NCBI GenBank assembly: GCA_963749085.1
Contig: CAVVLG010000002.1
Location: 19,178 to 83,177 of the forward strand
DNA: 64,000 nt
Direction: 5' to 3'
Source of the DNA: Candidatus Adlerbacteria bacterium
GTDB lineage: Bacteria; Patescibacteriota; Minisyncoccia; Phycocordibacterales; SBAW01
Below the pieces are notes generated by a model. That model was not told where the DNA came from, did not search any database, and saw only the letters and a list, made by a program, of their open reading frames with translations. Below, piece by piece: positions 57,348 to 64,000 of the stretch (position 1 is the stretch's first letter; every line of letters begins with the position of its first letter). The position numbers and the translations under genes are program-made.

Positions 57348-57863
57348 ATGACACTCACCACTCACGCATTGGTTGGAGCCGCCGCTGCGAGTCTTTTCTC
57401 ACAGAAACCGGTCCTTGCATTTGCGGCCGGTTTTGTGAGCCATTTTTGTATTGATGCCATTCCACATTGGGATTATCGGCCAGAGTCCATGATCAAGGAT
57501 AAAAATAATAAACTGGCGACGGACATGATACTCGGCAAATCTTTTTTTAAAGATCTGATCTTTATAGGAAGTGATGCGCTACTCGGGCTTGCCCTCAGTG
57601 TCCTTATTTTTAGTCTATGGCTCTTTCACGTGCCTATAGCCATAATTACCTTGGGCGTCATCGCAGCCATACTGCCTGACCCACTGCAATTTATCTACTA
57701 CAAAACTCACTCAAAGCTTTTGGAGCCGCTCCAGAAATTCCACGCGGTGTGGCTGCAGCAAAAAAGTCCCATAAACGTTCCGGCATGGATAGGGCTCGGT
57801 CTGCAAGCCCTGCTCGTAGCGACAGTCGTCGGCATCTTAAAGATAATTCACCCTGTGTTATAA
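57348..57863 (+). CDS. Membrane protein with His/Asp motifs (putative metal-dependent hydrolase)
   Basis: THALVGA, SHF.IDAIPHWDY, LPD, FH. Confidence 0.7.
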   Translation: MTLTTHALVGAAAASLFSQKPVLAFAAGFVSHFCIDAIPHWDYRPESMIKDKNNKLATDMILGKSFFKDLIFIGSDALLGLALSVLIFSLWLFHVPIAIITLGVIAAILPDPLQFIYYKTHSKLLEPLQKFHAVWLQQKSPINVPAWIGLGLQALLVATVVGILKIIHPVL

Positions 57864-57875
57864 TCGTTGCATTCT

Positions 57876-58622
57876 ATGAGTGGGGGATTGCAGATATCGC
57901 TTGCGGCGCAGGGTATAACTACGCTATGGGGCATACCCATAACCAACTCGCTTATATCCGTGTGGATAGTCATTGCCATATTGTGCGTCATGGCTTTTTT
58001 TGTGGGAAGAAACGTGCGGATGATTCCGGGCAAAGTCCAAAACCTGTTTGAAATGCTCTTTGAATACGTACTGGGGTATATGGAAAATACGCTGGAAAGT
58101 CCCATGCTCGCGCAGAGGTTTTTTCCGCTTATCATGAGCATTTTTCTCTTTATTTTCGCAGCAAATTTGTTCGAATTTTTGCCGTTCGTCGACAGTATGG
58201 GATTTCAAAGCGCGAGCGGCTTCACGCCGCTCCTGCGCCCGGCTACGACGGATCTCAACGTGACGCTCGCGCTTGCCATCATTTCCTTCTTCACCATTGA
58301 AATAACGGGGATTGTCATGCTTGGCATCTGGAAGTACGGCTCAAAATTTGTTAACCTGAAAGGAGGGGTGCTCGGATTTCTCATTGGACTCATTGAGCTT
58401 GTGAGCAACATTACGCGCCTCATTTCCTTCTCGTTCCGGTTGTTCGGCAACATCTTCGCCGGCGGAGTGCTTATCGCGCTTGCGGTCGGATTTCTGCCGT
58501 TGGTCTTACCAGTGCCGCTCATGCTCTTCGAGACGTTCGTGGGACTCGTGCAGGCGGCAATATTCGCACTTCTGACGTTGGCATTCATCAAGATAGCCAT
58601 CACGGAGGCGCACGCACACTAG
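57876..58622 (+). CDS. atpB: ATP synthase F0 subunit a
   Basis: PGKVQN, ATTDLN.TLALA, SFSFRLFGNIFAG, QAAIF. Confidence 0.95.
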   Translation: MSGGLQISLAAQGITTLWGIPITNSLISVWIVIAILCVMAFFVGRNVRMIPGKVQNLFEMLFEYVLGYMENTLESPMLAQRFFPLIMSIFLFIFAANLFEFLPFVDSMGFQSASGFTPLLRPATTDLNVTLALAIISFFTIEITGIVMLGIWKYGSKFVNLKGGVLGFLIGLIELVSNITRLISFSFRLFGNIFAGGVLIALAVGFLPLVLPVPLMLFETFVGLVQAAIFALLTLAFIKIAITEAHAH

Positions 58623-58877
<255 letters not shown>

Positions 58878-58889
58878 ACTTTCTTTCTC

Positions 58890-59336
58890 ATGGCGCAAGT
58901 GCTTGGCATATTCGGCATCGACTGGCGACTTCTCGTCATCAACACGATTAATTTCGCATTGGTGCTTTTAGTGTTGTGGTATTTCCTGTACACGCCCCTT
59001 ATGCGCATGCTCGAAGCGCGCCGGCAGAAGGTAATTAAAGGCGTGGAAGACGCCGAGGAGGCCACTCGGAAACTCCACATCACCGAAGGGGAGAAAGCAG
59101 GAATTCTTGCTCGCGCCGGACAGGAAGCCGATGAGGTGCTTCAAAAAGCTCGAGCCGCCGCGGCTGAGAAGGAGCGAGCCATGGTAGCGGCAAGCGAGGT
59201 ACGCGCCGCGGCAGTGTTAAGCGATGCAGAGCGCGAAGCGAAGGAATTGAAGAATCGCGCGATAAAGGAAAGCAAGCAGGAGGTCGCCAAGCTTGTGGTG
59301 CTAGGGATGGATAAGGCGTTCGCGCGACACAAATGA
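58890..59336 (+). CDS. atpF: ATP synthase F0 subunit b
   Basis: INF..V...LW.FLY.P....LE.R, coiled coil; operon position. Confidence 0.9.
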   Translation: MAQVLGIFGIDWRLLVINTINFALVLLVLWYFLYTPLMRMLEARRQKVIKGVEDAEEATRKLHITEGEKAGILARAGQEADEVLQKARAAAAEKERAMVAASEVRAAAVLSDAEREAKELKNRAIKESKQEVAKLVVLGMDKAFARHK

Positions 59337-59587
59337 CCGCCGCTGCCTCCTACGCCCGTGCGCTCTATGAGCTTGCCGAGGAACATCCGCGGTCCGCGCG
59401 CGCGTATCTGAAACACATGCGCGAAGCGCTCAAGCGGCGCGGCCAGAGCAAATTACTGCCTACTATTCTCAGCGAGTATCAAAAACTCCAGACTGCCGCG
59501 GCTCGTCGTACTATGTATGCCACGGTGACGCCCGAGATGGAGCGCACCAGGATACTGCTGGAGCTCTACCGAAAACTGATTTCCTAA
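59333..59587 (+). CDS. atpH: ATP synthase delta subunit, truncated form
   Basis: YARALYELA, KLLP.IL.EY; sits between atpF and atpA. Confidence 0.7.
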   Translation: MTAAASYARALYELAEEHPRSARAYLKHMREALKRRGQSKLLPTILSEYQKLQTAAARRTMYATVTPEMERTRILLELYRKLIS

Positions 59588-59588
59588 C

Positions 59589-61148
59589 ATGCCAAACTTC
59601 ATAGAGCAATTTAAAAAAGAAATAGAAGGCTTCACGCCCGAAGCAAGGCCTCTCAACAGCGGGACGGTCATTCGCGTCGGCGACGGCGTCGCCGAGATTG
59701 AAGGTCTTGCGGGAGCCGCCATGTCAGAGATGGTGCGGTTTGATATCGCCTCACGGGAGAAACTCGACACGGCGCTTACGATGCCGGCGGATGTGTTAGG
59801 TGTCATTTTGAATCTCGAAGAAGAGTCGGTGCGCGTCATCATTTTAGGCGACGTTGGTTTGGTGCGCGAGGGCATGACCGTTTCCTCAACCGGCACTATC
59901 CTTTCCATACCCGTGGGGGAGGCGATGCTCGGCCGTGTCGTCTCGGCGCTTGGCGAGCCGCTCGACGGTCTTGGCCCCATTGCCACAACCAAACGAAATC
60001 CCATAGAGCGCGAAGCCTACGGCGTCATGGAACGCCAGTCGGTGAATCAGCCGCTTCATACCGGTATTAAGGCTATCGACTCGATGATCCCCATTGGTCG
60101 CGGCCAGCGCGAACTTATCATCGGCGATCGCTACACGGGAAAAACAACCGTAGGCATCGATACCATTCTCAATCAAAAATCGGAACCGAAGGAAAGCAGG
60201 CCCATATGCATCTACGTCTCGGTGGGGCAGAAGGAGAGCAAAACAGCACGACTTGCCGCGCTCCTCAAGGAGCGAGGCGCCATGGACTACACTATTTTCG
60301 TTGATGCCGGGGCGTCCGCGCCGGCGGCGCTTCAATATCTGGCACCCTTTGCCGGAGCGGCCATTGGAGAATATTTTATGGATCAGGGCCGCGACGCCCT
60401 CATTATTTACGACGATCTTTCCAAGCACGCGGTCGCATACCGGCAACTCTCGCTTCTCCTGCGCCGCCCGCCCGGCCGCGAAGCTTACCCCGGCGATGTG
60501 TTCTATCTCCACTCGCGTCTGCTTGAGCGCGCAGCGAAACTCTCCAAGGAAAAAGGCGCCGGCTCCCTCACCGCGCTCCCCATCATCGAGACGCAGGAGA
60601 ACGACGTCTCCGGCTATATCCCGACCAACGTCATCTCCATAACGGACGGACAGATTTTTTTGGAAACCGATTTGTTTAACAAAGGTATGCGGCCCGCCAT
60701 TAACGCAGGGCTCTCCGTCTCGCGCGTGGGTTCCTCGGCGCAGACGAAGGCCATGAAAAAAGTTTCAGGTCGCATCAAGCTTGAACTCGCGCAGTTCCGC
60801 GAGCTTGAAGCCTTCATGCAATTTTCCCAAGACCTCGACCAGGACACCAAAAACCGCATCGAGTTCGGCGAGCGCATGATGGCGACCCTGAAGCAAAAAA
60901 ACGGCGAACCCATGGCGTTTCAAGAGCAGGCGGTGGTCATTTACGCGGCTATAAACGGCTACCTTGTGAAGGTTGTTGTGGCGCGCGTGCCGGAATACGA
61001 ACAGAAATTTCTTGCCTTTTTAGAGGCGGAAGCGCCGGCGATACTCCAGAGCATTGAACGCTCTCGTGATATGGTCCCACAAACCGAAGCAGAACTGAAA
61101 GTGCAACTCAAGCGATTTGAAGAAACGCATCCAGATCTTTTCACTTAA
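59589..61148 (+). CDS. atpA: ATP synthase F1 alpha
   Basis: VGDGVA, GRGQRELIIGDRYTGKT, PPGREAYPGDVFYLHSRLLERA. Confidence 0.97.
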   Translation: MPNFIEQFKKEIEGFTPEARPLNSGTVIRVGDGVAEIEGLAGAAMSEMVRFDIASREKLDTALTMPADVLGVILNLEEESVRVIILGDVGLVREGMTVSSTGTILSIPVGEAMLGRVVSALGEPLDGLGPIATTKRNPIEREAYGVMERQSVNQPLHTGIKAIDSMIPIGRGQRELIIGDRYTGKTTVGIDTILNQKSEPKESRPICIYVSVGQKESKTARLAALLKERGAMDYTIFVDAGASAPAALQYLAPFAGAAIGEYFMDQGRDALIIYDDLSKHAVAYRQLSLLLRRPPGREAYPGDVFYLHSRLLERAAKLSKEKGAGSLTALPIIETQENDVSGYIPTNVISITDGQIFLETDLFNKGMRPAINAGLSVSRVGSSAQTKAMKKVSGRIKLELAQFRELEAFMQFSQDLDQDTKNRIEFGERMMATLKQKNGEPMAFQEQAVVIYAAINGYLVKVVVARVPEYEQKFLAFLEAEAPAILQSIERSRDMVPQTEAELKVQLKRFEETHPDLFT

Positions 61149-61151
61149 TCT

Positions 61152-63441
<2,290 letters not shown>

Positions 63442-63445
63442 GGAT

Positions 63446-63676
63446 ATGCGCGTCATCATTGCAAAAGTGAATGAAAATCTCTATGACGGCGAAGCCACCT
63501 CGGTCACGCTGCCGGGCTCGGAAGGCGAGATGACCGTGTTGCCCAGACACATGCCGCTTATCACGACGCTGAAACATGGTGTTATCACGGTGCGCAGCGA
63601 GCACGGTGAGCAGACCTTTCCGGTTGAGGAAGGACTACTTGAAGTGCATCAAGACGGCGCGACGGTCATTTTGTGA
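63446..63676 (+). CDS. atpC: ATP synthase F1 epsilon (beta-sandwich only)
   Basis: V.LPG.EGEM.VLP.H.PLITTL..G. Confidence 0.9.
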   Translation: MRVIIAKVNENLYDGEATSVTLPGSEGEMTVLPRHMPLITTLKHGVITVRSEHGEQTFPVEEGLLEVHQDGATVIL

Positions 63677-63698
63677 TATATTCTGTGTGCTAAAAAAC

Positions 63699-63769
63699 GG
63701 GCCCATAGTATAGCGGTAGAACGGTTCCATGGCATGGAACAGGTCGGGGTTCGACTCCCCGTGGGTCCA
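63699..63769 (+). tRNA. tRNA-Ala(GGC)
   Basis: GGGCCCA...TGGGTCC-A with G3:U70, anticodon arm GTTCC AT GGC AT GGAAC. Confidence 0.94.
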
Positions 63770-63773
63770 CAAA

Positions 63774-63802
63774 TTTGACAAGACCACATATATTTGTATA
63801 CT
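63774..63802 (+). promoter_or_regulatory. Sigma-70 promoter starting within the att-like core
   Basis: GTCCACAAAT-TTGACA, ~16-17 nt spacer, TATACT. Confidence 0.65.
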
Positions 63803-63819
63803 GCAAGGCAGTTGCAAAA

Positions 63820-64000
63820 TGGCAGGTACCCCGAAATTTTCTCACCAAGTCGATGAGATTAACCGCTCATTTTTAGTAGAATCGAGGTATGAAGAAAGCA
63901 CATCGCATATCGCAGGAGGTGAAGGATCAGATCCTTGGGCGCATTAGAAACGAAGGGGTGCCGGTCGCGCAAGCGGCCAAAGAGCACGGCCTCCATGAGA
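63820..64000 (+). mobile_element. Second IS3-family element (left end; orfA starts 63889, truncated by window)
   Basis: TGGCAGGTACCCCGAAATTTTCTCACCAAGT matches the 9937 IR; MKKAHRISQEVKDQILGRIRNEGV.VAQAAKEHG is homologous to the 10855 OrfA. Confidence 0.88.

Overview
Bacterial chromosome segment using the standard genetic code. Its content (domain-trimmed IF-2, DnaX, UvrA/C and ATP synthase delta/epsilon; a pilin-type surface protein; apparently leaderless core genes) strongly suggests a Patescibacteria/CPR (Parcubacteria-like) genome, which is an inference. It carries housekeeping genes (infB, clpB, rpmG, miaA, parB, rel, topA, serS, dus, dnaX, rarA, msrA, tgt, uvrBAC, ddl, atp operon), nine tRNAs (Tyr, Trp, Leu, Gln, Val, Pro and three Ala isoacceptors), an ECF-sigma/MacAB-type export cluster, an IS5 nested inside an IS3, and a second IS3 at the window end. 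The most striking feature is at 55273-57338: three ~0.6-0.8 kb units in tandem at the 3' end of tRNA-Ala(CGC). Each is bounded by a repeated 12-bp tRNA-3'-end core (GT/CCCACAAATTT) and built as junction promoter + conserved leader/RBS + unrelated cargo ORF + terminator + conserved right arm. The right arm encodes, antisense, a peptide conserved through synonymous changes that looks like a detached integrase C-terminal tail. The same core plus promoter recurs at tRNA-Ala(GGC). This looks like a tRNA-targeted, integrase-less gene-cassette array. Start codons adjusted from the ORF track are estimates, and all product calls come from motif recognition, not database searches.
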